Source: Candidatus Latescibacterota bacterium
Lineage (GTDB): Bacteria > Latescibacterota > Latescibacteria > Latescibacterales > Latescibacteraceae
Reading direction: 5' to 3'
Assembly (NCBI GenBank): GCA_041665965.1
Contig: JBAYHX010000001.1
Span: 1 to 33,465 of the forward strand
DNA: 33,465 nt
Positions within the stretch are counted from its first letter, which is position 1. Each line of letters opens with the position of its first letter. Position numbers and translations under genes: made by a program. Under the pieces are notes generated by a model, which was not told where the DNA came from, made no database searches, and saw nothing but the letters and a program-made list of their open reading frames with translations. Positions 18,394-26,440 of this stretch are shown here, in pieces.

Positions 18394-19551
18394 ATGAGTG
18401 AATCCAAAAAAAAAATACTGACCGTTCTCGGTGCCAGACCCCAGTTCATCAAAGCTGCGGCTGTATCAAAAGCTCTGGCGAAAAGTACTCTTCTCAATGA
18501 AGAAATTATCCATACCGGCCAGCATTTCGACCAAAATATGTCCGAGGTCTTTTTCCGTGAGATGGGCATCCCCGAACCGGTGGTGAATCTCGGGCTTTGC
18601 GGCGGGAGTCACAGCGACCTTACCGCCCGTATGCTTCAGGCTGTCCATCATGAAATAATTGAACGGAATCCCGATTGTATTCTCGTATACGGCGATACGA
18701 CCAATACTCTGGCCGGGGCGTTGGCAGGAGCCAAACTGAAACTTCCGGTCGCTCATGTCGAATCCGGGCTGAGAAGCTTCAATCGCGCCATGCCCGAAGA
18801 ACTGAACCGGATAATCACCGACCATCTCTCTGTTCTCCTCTTCTGCCCTTCCGATGTCGCGAAAAAAAACCTTGAGCGCGAGGGAATCGGAAACCCGGAA
18901 TTGAACGACACTCCCGGCGACCCGCCGTTTGCCGATGTTCCCGAAATAATTGTTACCGGAGATGTAATGGCGGACACAATACGCATCTTCGGAAGGGATG
19001 CTCAAAACCGTCGCGGTGTTCTCGATATGCTGGGAATTTGTGACGGCAGTTTTATCCTTGCCACCATTCACCGTCCGGAAAATACCGATAATCCTGATAA
19101 TCTCCGCTCCATCTCAAGAGCGCTCGGAATCCTTGCAATTCAGGACTTTCCTGTGATTCTGCCTCTGCATCCAAGGACTCGCAAAGCAGCCGCGGATTAT
19201 GGAATCGAATTCCCCTGCGGGGTAAAAGTTATCGAACCGTTATCCTACCTTGATATGCTCTGTCTTACCGGGAATGCCCATTGTGTGATAACCGATTCCG
19301 GCGGCCTTCAAAAAGAGGCATTTCTTATGGGGAGGCCTTGTGTGACCATGCGTGCGCAGACAGAATGGACAGAAACGGTTGATCTTGGCTGGAATATAGT
19401 GGCCGGTCCGGACGAGAACCGTATTGTCCAGGCTTACATTGATATTTGCGCCCGGGTATCGGATAAAAGAGAAATTCCGGAGAAGGTGTATGGCGACGGT
19501 TATGCTTCCGAGCGGATCGTCGAGGCAATCGAAAAGAGGCTGTTACGGTGA
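18394..19551 (+). CDS. wecB: UDP-N-acetylglucosamine 2-epimerase (non-hydrolysing)
   Basis: 385 aa. KILTVLGARPQFIKAAAV, HTGQHFDQNMSEVFF, VYGDTNSTLAGALAGAKL-type block (VYGDTTNTLAGALAGAKLKLPVAHVESGLRSF), MPEELNR, TDSGGLQKEA. Confidence 0.9.
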   Translation: MSESKKKILTVLGARPQFIKAAAVSKALAKSTLLNEEIIHTGQHFDQNMSEVFFREMGIPEPVVNLGLCGGSHSDLTARMLQAVHHEIIERNPDCILVYGDTTNTLAGALAGAKLKLPVAHVESGLRSFNRAMPEELNRIITDHLSVLLFCPSDVAKKNLEREGIGNPELNDTPGDPPFADVPEIIVTGDVMADTIRIFGRDAQNRRGVLDMLGICDGSFILATIHRPENTDNPDNLRSISRALGILAIQDFPVILPLHPRTRKAAADYGIEFPCGVKVIEPLSYLDMLCLTGNAHCVITDSGGLQKEAFLMGRPCVTMRAQTEWTETVDLGWNIVAGPDENRIVQAYIDICARVSDKREIPEKVYGDGYASERIVEAIEKRLLR

Positions 19552-19753
19552 GAAAAGGGAAGAAAAATATTTTTGGAAACAAGGAACTGTATACGGGATA
19601 ATAGAATCCGTAAATCGATAAAAATGGACTGCTAATTAAATTTTTTAATATGTTGCCGCTGCCTTCTCGATTCCTTCATTACTGGATATTTTATCCGAAC
19701 AATAGTATATTATATCCGTCCTGCATGTAAAATTCAAAGAAGGGTAAAAACCA

Positions 19754-20404
19754 ATGGGCATTAGCATTATCGACCTTTTATTACCCCGTGAGACAAAATT
19801 TTTTGTTTTACTATCGCATCTCAGTGATCATCTTTTGACAGGATGTACTATTTTTCGTGACCTCCTGGTAAAAATCGAGGCAATGTCCGAAGAGGAAATC
19901 AAGAAGCATGTTCTCATTATCAAAGAATGCGAACAAAAGAGCGACGAGTCCAAAGGAGAGATAATGGACGCGCTCTGGCGCACCTTTATCACTCCCATCG
20001 ACCGTGAGGACATCCATACTCTTGCAATAAATATGGAGAGAACCCTCGATGTTCTTAACGGGACTTCACGCAAGATAGAAATTTTCCATATCCGTAAAAT
20101 ACCGGTAAACGCATGCATCTTTGCAAACATCATTGTGAATATCGCAAAATTACAGAGTGAATTGGTACATGGCCTGCAGGCAAAAAAGGATGTCAGGGAA
20201 AAAGTTGAAGCAATGCACAGCCTTGAACACCAGGCAGATGAACTGTACCATATCAGTCTTGCGGGATTATACAACGACGATGAAAGATATCAGACTGTGG
20301 AGAACATGAAATTCAGGGAACTATACGAACACCTCGAAGCGGTTGTCGACAGCATCGACTACATTGGCAAACTCATACATGGAATCAGGATGAAACAGGG
20401 CTGA
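19754..20404 (+). CDS. DUF47 / TIGR00153-family protein (PhoU-like partner of PiT transporters)
   Basis: 216-aa helical protein. It has TPIDREDIHTLAINMERTLD and HSLEHQADELY motifs and sits immediately upstream of a PiT transporter gene, the usual pairing. Confidence 0.85.
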   Translation: MGISIIDLLLPRETKFFVLLSHLSDHLLTGCTIFRDLLVKIEAMSEEEIKKHVLIIKECEQKSDESKGEIMDALWRTFITPIDREDIHTLAINMERTLDVLNGTSRKIEIFHIRKIPVNACIFANIIVNIAKLQSELVHGLQAKKDVREKVEAMHSLEHQADELYHISLAGLYNDDERYQTVENMKFRELYEHLEAVVDSIDYIGKLIHGIRMKQG

Positions 20405-20427
20405 TATAAACCGAAGTGGAGCGATGC

Positions 20428-21474
20428 ATGATTTCGATTACTTCTCTGGTCATAGTGGTAATAGCCCTGGCGCTTATTTTCGATTTCTTAAACGGATTTC
20501 ATGATGCCGCGAATTCTATAGCCACTGTTGTAGTAACGAGAACGCTTACCCCCTTACAAGCAGTCGTACTGGCTGGGATGGCAAATTTTGTCGGTTATTT
20601 CACATTCGGGCATGCCATCGCCAAGATGGTAAGCAAAGGGATCATCAATCTTGACCTTATGCCCACTCCTGATGCAAAACTGACACTCCTGCTCGGCGCA
20701 TTGACCGGGGCAATTTTCTGGAATATCCTTACCTGGGTTCTCGGGCTTCCAACCTCGAGCAGCCATGCCCTTATCGGCGGTATGGTCGGAGCAGGGCTTG
20801 CGGCAGTGGGTCCGGATATTGTTATATTGGGATCAGTTGCGATAAATGAGGGGAAACTTTCAGTTACCGGGGTATTGCCAATCGTTGCATTTATTTTTAT
20901 AGCGCCTCTCATTGGACTCATCGGCGCCATGTTTTTCATCCTTGCCATACTCAACCTGTTTAAAAAGATGCCACATTACCATTCGGCAAAAATTTTTAAA
21001 TATCTCCAGCTCATTTCCGCTGCATGGTACAGCATCGGGCATGGTACGAATGATGCCCAGAAAATGATGGGACTAATAACGCTTGCATTATTTAGCGGTG
21101 GAATGGCAGGTTCACTGGAGATACCGTCATGGGTGGCATTAGCATGTTACACTGCGATAGGATCGGGAACGATGTTTGGAGGCTGGCGTATAGTTAAAAC
21201 TATGGGAACAAAAATAACAAAAATCCGGGCAACTGAGGGATTCTGTGCTGAATCAGCAGCAGCCTTGGTGCTTATGGGTACTGCGCATTTCGGGATTCCT
21301 GTGTCCACAACCCATGTTATCTCGGGGGCAATAATGGGTGTAGGAGCGGTTGAAAACGCCAGGGCTGTGCGCTGGTCTACAGCGCGAAGGATTGTCTGGG
21401 TATGGATATTAACCATACCGATGACTGCTTTATGCGCTGCATGCGCTTATCATCTTATTACCCTCATACATTAA
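20428..21474 (+). CDS. Inorganic phosphate transporter, PiT family
   Basis: The ORF track starts at GTG 20416; ATG 20428 is preferred because GAAGTGGAG lies upstream. Polytopic membrane protein with the duplicated PiT signature FLNGFHDAANSIATVV and GHGTNDAQKMMG. Confidence 0.9.
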   Translation: MISITSLVIVVIALALIFDFLNGFHDAANSIATVVVTRTLTPLQAVVLAGMANFVGYFTFGHAIAKMVSKGIINLDLMPTPDAKLTLLLGALTGAIFWNILTWVLGLPTSSSHALIGGMVGAGLAAVGPDIVILGSVAINEGKLSVTGVLPIVAFIFIAPLIGLIGAMFFILAILNLFKKMPHYHSAKIFKYLQLISAAWYSIGHGTNDAQKMMGLITLALFSGGMAGSLEIPSWVALACYTAIGSGTMFGGWRIVKTMGTKITKIRATEGFCAESAAALVLMGTAHFGIPVSTTHVISGAIMGVGAVENARAVRWSTARRIVWVWILTIPMTALCAACAYHLITLIH

Positions 21475-21592
21475 AGAATTTTTAAGGTCGAGGGAAAAAC
21501 GCAAGTGACATTAATTGTTCATTTTACATACTCGGAAACATACCTGTCTCTCATCGTATATCAATCTATATCACCGATAAAGGAGCACATCC

Positions 21593-23020
21593 GTGACAAA
21601 GAAAGTGAATTTCGGTGTTCTTTTTTCCCTGCTGGCAATTCTTCTTGCCTGCCCGGTTCACGCGCAAGTTCAGAAAAAACTTCTTGCCGCGCCGGATATT
21701 ATCCCGCCCGCAACTGCCGAGATGCAGCGCCCCGAATTCTGGATATCGCGAATAAAAGGCGATCCGGACAAGGTTATCATGAACAGGGATCAGATACGGG
21801 AGTTCAACAAAAAGAACTACTCGAGAAATCCGGAAACGAAAGATATCAACGGGGTATTGCACACATTTGAAGATGTGATCGCGCAGGGGAGTTTCGGTGG
21901 CATTCATTTTCATATCGAGGATCCGCTCGCGGTTAAATCGATTACCGGCGACAGCCTGAAGGTATGGTTTTCGAGGACAAAGGAATATTTGAAAAGCGGC
22001 ACTTTCTACGACCGTCGCTGGCTGCCCTATCCGGAAGCTTCCAAACAGGCGCTTCTCGATGCGATGAACGAAGAAGCCATTCCCGCCGTTGTAAAACCCC
22101 GATATGGAATTCTCATCCGCAACACGTTCAACCGGGTGGTTCCGACCTACGAGAAAATCTATACTTCTCAGTACGGCTGGCTTGATATGTTCCAGAATGC
22201 CGACTATGACGAAGGTATGACGGTTGCAATTCTCCATGTTTCGAAAAACAGGGACTGGTACTATGTAAAGACCGAGTATGCGTTCGGCTGGATTTCGGCC
22301 GATAATGTCGCGGAAGGAACGGTGCAGGAAATAAAACGTCTCGCCGATCCCGAAAACTTCATCGTTGCGCTTGAACACAAGGTGCCTGTCTATGCGGACG
22401 GCGGGTTTAAAACCTGGATCATGGATTTGTATCAGGGCTCACGGCTTCTTCTGGTGAAAAAAACAGCCGCCGGATATGAGGTGCGTGTCCCGTACCGTCA
22501 GGCGGACGGCTCGCTTGTGGCAGTTGCCGGATGGGTGAAATCCGGCGCCGATGTAAATGTCGGATACCAGGCGTATACGCAGAGAAATGTCATCAATACG
22601 GCGTTCCGGCTTCTCAACCGTCCCTACGGCTGGGTGGGAACCGATCATGAACGCGATTGTGTCGGCTCGTTGAAATCCACGCTGCGGACATTCGGTATCT
22701 TCGTTCCCCGGTGGACCACCTTTATGCTGTATTACACGGACCATGTGACATCATTTCCTGCAGATACCCCCAAAGAGGTGAAGTATAAATATCTCGACCG
22801 ATGCACGCCGGGAATAACCATCTGCGGTTTCGACTGGCATGTCGTCCTCTATCTCGGCGAGGTCGGCGGCGTACATTATATCATTCACGAGAACGGCTAC
22901 AGCTACCATGACGCCGATGGAAACGAAATCCGTGTCGGCAGGATGAGTGTAAACAACACCGAGCTCGAGGGCGGCGCCGACATCACCCGGTGGACGGAAC
23001 TCTCGGAATTTAAACCGTGA
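21593..23020 (+). CDS. Secreted SH3b-domain / NlpC-P60 (C40) family cell-wall peptidase
   Basis: 475 aa, GTG start after an AAGGAG RBS. Signal peptide FGVLFSLLAILLACPVHAQ. C-terminal catalytic region YGWVGTDHERDCVGSLKSTL (nucleophile Cys) ... WHVVLYLGEVGGVHYIIHE (His). This resembles YkfC-type gamma-D-Glu-diamino-acid endopeptidases. Confidence 0.8.
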   Translation: MTKKVNFGVLFSLLAILLACPVHAQVQKKLLAAPDIIPPATAEMQRPEFWISRIKGDPDKVIMNRDQIREFNKKNYSRNPETKDINGVLHTFEDVIAQGSFGGIHFHIEDPLAVKSITGDSLKVWFSRTKEYLKSGTFYDRRWLPYPEASKQALLDAMNEEAIPAVVKPRYGILIRNTFNRVVPTYEKIYTSQYGWLDMFQNADYDEGMTVAILHVSKNRDWYYVKTEYAFGWISADNVAEGTVQEIKRLADPENFIVALEHKVPVYADGGFKTWIMDLYQGSRLLLVKKTAAGYEVRVPYRQADGSLVAVAGWVKSGADVNVGYQAYTQRNVINTAFRLLNRPYGWVGTDHERDCVGSLKSTLRTFGIFVPRWTTFMLYYTDHVTSFPADTPKEVKYKYLDRCTPGITICGFDWHVVLYLGEVGGVHYIIHENGYSYHDADGNEIRVGRMSVNNTELEGGADITRWTELSEFKP

Positions 23021-23033
23021 CAATGCGGTAAAA

Positions 23034-23073
23034 AAATGCGGAGAAGGGTATTATGCCTCCACCGCATTTTTGG
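23034..23073 (+). terminator. Rho-independent terminator (potentially bidirectional)
   Basis: Stem AAATGCGG (23034-23041) pairs with CCGCATTT (23062-23069), followed by a T-run and preceded by an A-run. It lies 14 nt after the stop of the peptidase gene, between convergent genes. Confidence 0.55.
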
Positions 23074-23090
23074 TGATTGTACTTGTAACA

Positions 23091-23280
23091 GATTATCCTC
23101 TTTGGTGTTGCCCTGCCCCCCTTAGTAAGGGGGATGCCGAAAGGCAGGGGGATTATCCTCCATCGACAGGTTTGTCAACAGCTTGTTTTTACCATTAATC
23201 TCTATGGGTTGAATTCCCCGCCACTTGCGGCGTATGAAGAGAATAACCCTAACAAGATACCCCGCTGCTTGCGGAGGGGA
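23091..23280. repeat. Cluster of G/C-rich hairpin repeats between convergent genes
   Basis: Nested palindrome CCCTGCC-CCCCTTAgTAAGGGG-..-GGCAGGG (23111-23149), flanked by the direct repeat GATTATCCTC (23091-23100 and 23151-23160). Further hairpins are CCCCGCC..GGCG (23216-23232) and CCCCGC..GCGGAGGGG (23260-23279). Confidence 0.45.
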
Positions 23281-23297
23281 GTTTCATTTGCATCCTT

Positions 23298-24911
23298 TTA
23301 TTTCAAAAGGGCGAATTTTTCGACTCGGGTAAATCCTCCAGAACGGAATTTTACCACATAGTCTCCCGCATTGTGTTTCCCGATATTCCAGGCCGCCATG
23401 TGGTATCCTTTCTCATGCCGCCCTTCAACCAATAGATCGACAGTCCGTCCGCTGCTGTTCACAATTTCCAGCCGCGCATTTCCCGATCCGGGCAGCCCAT
23501 ACTCAAACGAAACAGCGTTGTTGGCCGGATTCGGAATACTTTCGTCGAGCATGCGGACCGTTTCGATTTTAGGGAGAACCCGTGGCCCTTCCGCGACTTT
23601 TGAATAATCGAACGGTTCATCGAGAAGACGGTATTTCGTCTCATTTTCGAGCTGCAGGTAATAGGTTTTCAGCGGCTTGCGTTCGAAATCTTCGAGTTTT
23701 TTGAGAGTAGCTGTACCATTTTCCCATAGGTATACGGGCACTTTCCGGGGATCGAGGACATTCGAGAGTTTCCGCTCCATGGCAATGTGATAGAGTCCCA
23801 CATTCCCGGCCTCATGACCGCCAAGCCAGAGCCCGATGATGTCCACCCGGTACGGGTCTTTGCCGAATACTACATAGTTGGTCATGTAATCCCATGCTTC
23901 ATTCTCGCTGTATGTTCCCTTGTTAGGACCGCTCAGAAAACCATCGCCGTCACGGCCGTATACACCTTCTATGATATGAAGTCCGGCGGGAGTGTGGGAA
24001 ACGTTATCGAGTGTCCGTGAACACCATGTATCCATCCTGTATCCGCCGTCATCGCCCTGTTTTTGCCAGCGGGGGATTCCGGCGGCAAGGTGACGCTCGT
24101 AGTTCGCCTTTGCCCGCGCGTAGACATTCTTTATCGTGTAGCGCTCGATCTCTTTCAGTGTACGGTCGGCGCCGCAATAATGCTGGAACGGGGTGGACAT
24201 TGTTCCCTGGAGATTTTTACAGCAGAGGGTGAGACCCATACCGTGGGCTTTGAATTTGGAAATGTTCAATAACCAGGTGTCTTTCGCATTGACCGGCCAG
24301 AGATACGGAGCTTTTTTGTATATCTCGGAATTCTTGAAATCTACCCAGTTGAGATCGTTTTTGTCCAGCTCGTTGTAATTATCGAAAAGAGATTTTATAT
24401 TGGCATCCTGACGCCAGCACATGTCCACATATCCCCGCGGCCCGAAATCCCAGGGAGTGGTCACTTCCCGGACATAGAACTGTTTGCCGGACATGCCGAG
24501 ACCTTTCATTCCCTCGATGATGCCCTCGACAAAATTCACATCGGTCACAATCCCCATCCCGTATTCGAGCGGGAACTGTGCGGCCTGTTTCGGATAGTGC
24601 TTCTTCGAGGTGAAACTGTTGGTAAGATTGGGCTTGATCGGGATCATTCGGCTTAAAGGAATTCCCTCCTTTGCAGGGACAATCACCGACTTGGAAAAAT
24701 CGAGACCAACCTGTTTGATGGCTTCGCCGTTGGTCTTCTTATCCACATTGGTCTTTATGATAAATACCGCTTCCGGATGCTGTTCGATAAAAGGATGAAC
24801 ATTGAAAAAACCTGTCGGCTGTTTTCTCTTTGCCAGAACGGTAACCGGATTTACCATGGCGACACCGCCGGCCGCAGCGGTCATTTTTATAAAACTTCTG
24901 CGTGTCAACAT
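23298..24911 (-). CDS. Tat-signal DUF362-like protein with C-terminal T9SS/FlgD-Ig-type sorting domain
   Basis: 537 aa with an AAAGAGGG RBS. The N-terminus MLTRRSFIKMTAAAGGVAMV is a near-consensus twin-arginine motif. The core has a DUF362-like pattern (IPIKPNLTN, LLNISKFKAHGMGLTLCCKNLQG, LHIIEGVYGRDGDG, VVFGKDPYRVDIIGLWLGG). The last 70 or so residues (FEYGLPGSGNARLEIVNSSGRTVDLLVEGRHEKGYHMAAWNIGKHNAGDYVVKFRSGGFTRVEKFALLK) match the Por_Secre_tail/FlgD-Ig pattern. Confidence 0.8.
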   Translation of the reverse strand: MLTRRSFIKMTAAAGGVAMVNPVTVLAKRKQPTGFFNVHPFIEQHPEAVFIIKTNVDKKTNGEAIKQVGLDFSKSVIVPAKEGIPLSRMIPIKPNLTNSFTSKKHYPKQAAQFPLEYGMGIVTDVNFVEGIIEGMKGLGMSGKQFYVREVTTPWDFGPRGYVDMCWRQDANIKSLFDNYNELDKNDLNWVDFKNSEIYKKAPYLWPVNAKDTWLLNISKFKAHGMGLTLCCKNLQGTMSTPFQHYCGADRTLKEIERYTIKNVYARAKANYERHLAAGIPRWQKQGDDGGYRMDTWCSRTLDNVSHTPAGLHIIEGVYGRDGDGFLSGPNKGTYSENEAWDYMTNYVVFGKDPYRVDIIGLWLGGHEAGNVGLYHIAMERKLSNVLDPRKVPVYLWENGTATLKKLEDFERKPLKTYYLQLENETKYRLLDEPFDYSKVAEGPRVLPKIETVRMLDESIPNPANNAVSFEYGLPGSGNARLEIVNSSGRTVDLLVEGRHEKGYHMAAWNIGKHNAGDYVVKFRSGGFTRVEKFALLK

Positions 24912-24953
24912 GTGATTTTACCCTCTTTCAAAATAAGGCTGGATAATAATTTT

Positions 24954-24968
24954 TCAAACGGTTATCCA
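24954..24968 (-). promoter_or_regulatory. Candidate sigma-54 (-24/-12) promoter upstream of the DUF362 gene
   Basis: The minus strand reads TGGATAACCGTTTGA. GG and TTG have the canonical spacing of TGGCACG-N4-TTGC, but the -12 C is an A. It lies about 42 nt upstream of ATG 24911 and directly downstream of an NtrC-type activator gene. The TGGATAA part also belongs to an inverted repeat with TTATCCA. Confidence 0.3.
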
Positions 24969-24986
24969 AACGTAGAATATACAGCA

Positions 24987-26435
24987 TCAATTTTTCTTGA
25001 GTTTGCTTCTGAGCGTTGTCCTTGTCATACCAAGATATGTCGCCGTTTTTGTTTTGTTGCCGTTAAATTTCGAGAGTGTTTTGTTGATTATGATATCCTC
25101 CAGATATCTGAGATTCAATGAATCGGGAGGCAGGATCAGATTTTCGGGATCGAAAGGTACACCCTTTGTATTCTGACTTTCGGTTTCATCGGAAGAGATA
25201 AAATGCACATGTTCGGGTTTGACAGACGTATCATCGTACAGGAGGACAACGCGTTCTATCGTGTTCTGAAGCTCACGGACATTTCCGGACCAGTCATAAT
25301 TTTCGAGAATCTTTGCCGCTTTCTCACTCAGGAACCTGAACCGGCGTTTTTTCTCTTTGGCGTACCGTTCGAGAAACATCTGTGCAAGAGGCGCGATGGC
25401 TTCTTTCTGTTCCCGGAGAGGCGGGATATATATTCTGCCGACATTGAGACGGTAGAAAAGATCGTTTCTGAATACCCCGTCCTTGACCAGCCGGACAAGG
25501 TTGCGGTTTGTTGCGCAAATGATTCTTACATCGAGTTTTATTACTTTGATTCCTCCGACCCGGTATATTTCACGTTCCTGAATGGCCCGGAGCAGTTTGG
25601 GCTGAAGATCGAGGGGGAGGTCGCCGATTTCATCGAGGAAAAGAGTTCCCTTCTGCGCAATTTCAAATTTCCCTTTCATCCCTTCTTTTTTCGAGCTGGT
25701 GAAAGAGCTGCCCTCATAACCGAAAAGCTCGCTTTCAAAAAGGTTAGGCGCGATTGCGGAACAGTTTATCGGTACGAACGGAGTTGTCACATCTCCGGCG
25801 CCGTAATGGATGAGCCGCGCGATGACCTCTTTGCCTGTTCCGGTTTCGCCTTCTATCAACGCCGGCATGGAACGGTCGTTGTGCAGCCTTTCGACAACGG
25901 AAACCACTTCCCGCATGGCTTTCGAATAGATTCCTATTTCCCCGACACCGGCGAATTCGGCGTACGCCGATTTCAGGAGATCGTATTTCACTTTTGTTTC
26001 ATGAACGGCTTCCTCGAGCTTTTCATCGAAATGACGGGCAAATTCCCTGTTCTCGCAAAGCAGGGTCTGATGCTCGGCAATACGGTTCACAACTGCAGCG
26101 AGTTCTTCCACAACGATCGGTTTCTGCAGAAAATCGTAAGCGCCTGCGCGAAGAGCTTCTATCGCCGAATTCATATCCCCGTAACCGGTCATGATGACAA
26201 CATCGGGAGTGCAACCGTGCGGCGCCGCCACTTTCACCTGTTGGAGAAGCTCGATTCCGCTCATTCCGGGCATACGGAGATCGGTTATAATCATGGGAAA
26301 CGGTGTATCCATGAATATCCGAAGAGCCTCGGCTCCGTTGTCACATTGTGTAACAGTATGCCCCAGGATGGTCCCCAGAAAATCGTTCAGAGAATCCAAA
26401 CTCAATGGTTCATCGTCAACAAGAAGGATGTTCAT
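24987..26435 (-). CDS. Sigma-54-dependent response regulator (NtrC family: REC-AAA+-Fis HTH)
   Basis: 482 aa. REC domain (ILLVDDEP, MIITDLRMPGMSG). AAA+ domain (Walker A GETGTGKE, Walker B LFLDEIGDL, RVGG, ATNRNL). C-terminal HTH NKTKTATYLGMTRTTLRSKLKK. The GAFTGA loop reads ELFGYEGSSFTSS. Confidence 0.9.
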   Translation of the reverse strand: MNILLVDDEPLSLDSLNDFLGTILGHTVTQCDNGAEALRIFMDTPFPMIITDLRMPGMSGIELLQQVKVAAPHGCTPDVVIMTGYGDMNSAIEALRAGAYDFLQKPIVVEELAAVVNRIAEHQTLLCENREFARHFDEKLEEAVHETKVKYDLLKSAYAEFAGVGEIGIYSKAMREVVSVVERLHNDRSMPALIEGETGTGKEVIARLIHYGAGDVTTPFVPINCSAIAPNLFESELFGYEGSSFTSSKKEGMKGKFEIAQKGTLFLDEIGDLPLDLQPKLLRAIQEREIYRVGGIKVIKLDVRIICATNRNLVRLVKDGVFRNDLFYRLNVGRIYIPPLREQKEAIAPLAQMFLERYAKEKKRRFRFLSEKAAKILENYDWSGNVRELQNTIERVVLLYDDTSVKPEHVHFISSDETESQNTKGVPFDPENLILPPDSLNLRYLEDIIINKTLSKFNGNKTKTATYLGMTRTTLRSKLKKN

Positions 26436-26440
26436 ACGTT

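Noticed and set aside
23134-23361. A 75-aa ORF (..IPRCLRRGVSF..) in the intergenic region. Others lie at 14680..14943, 14809..15132 and 7263..7451.
   Set aside because: The first three are read through the G/C-rich hairpin repeats. The 7263..7451 ORF lies in the AT-rich hicA-TIGR02391 spacer. None has an RBS or family resemblance. The peptide-like strings (PRxLRG, PLTLDPFP) are by-products of the palindromic repeat sequence.
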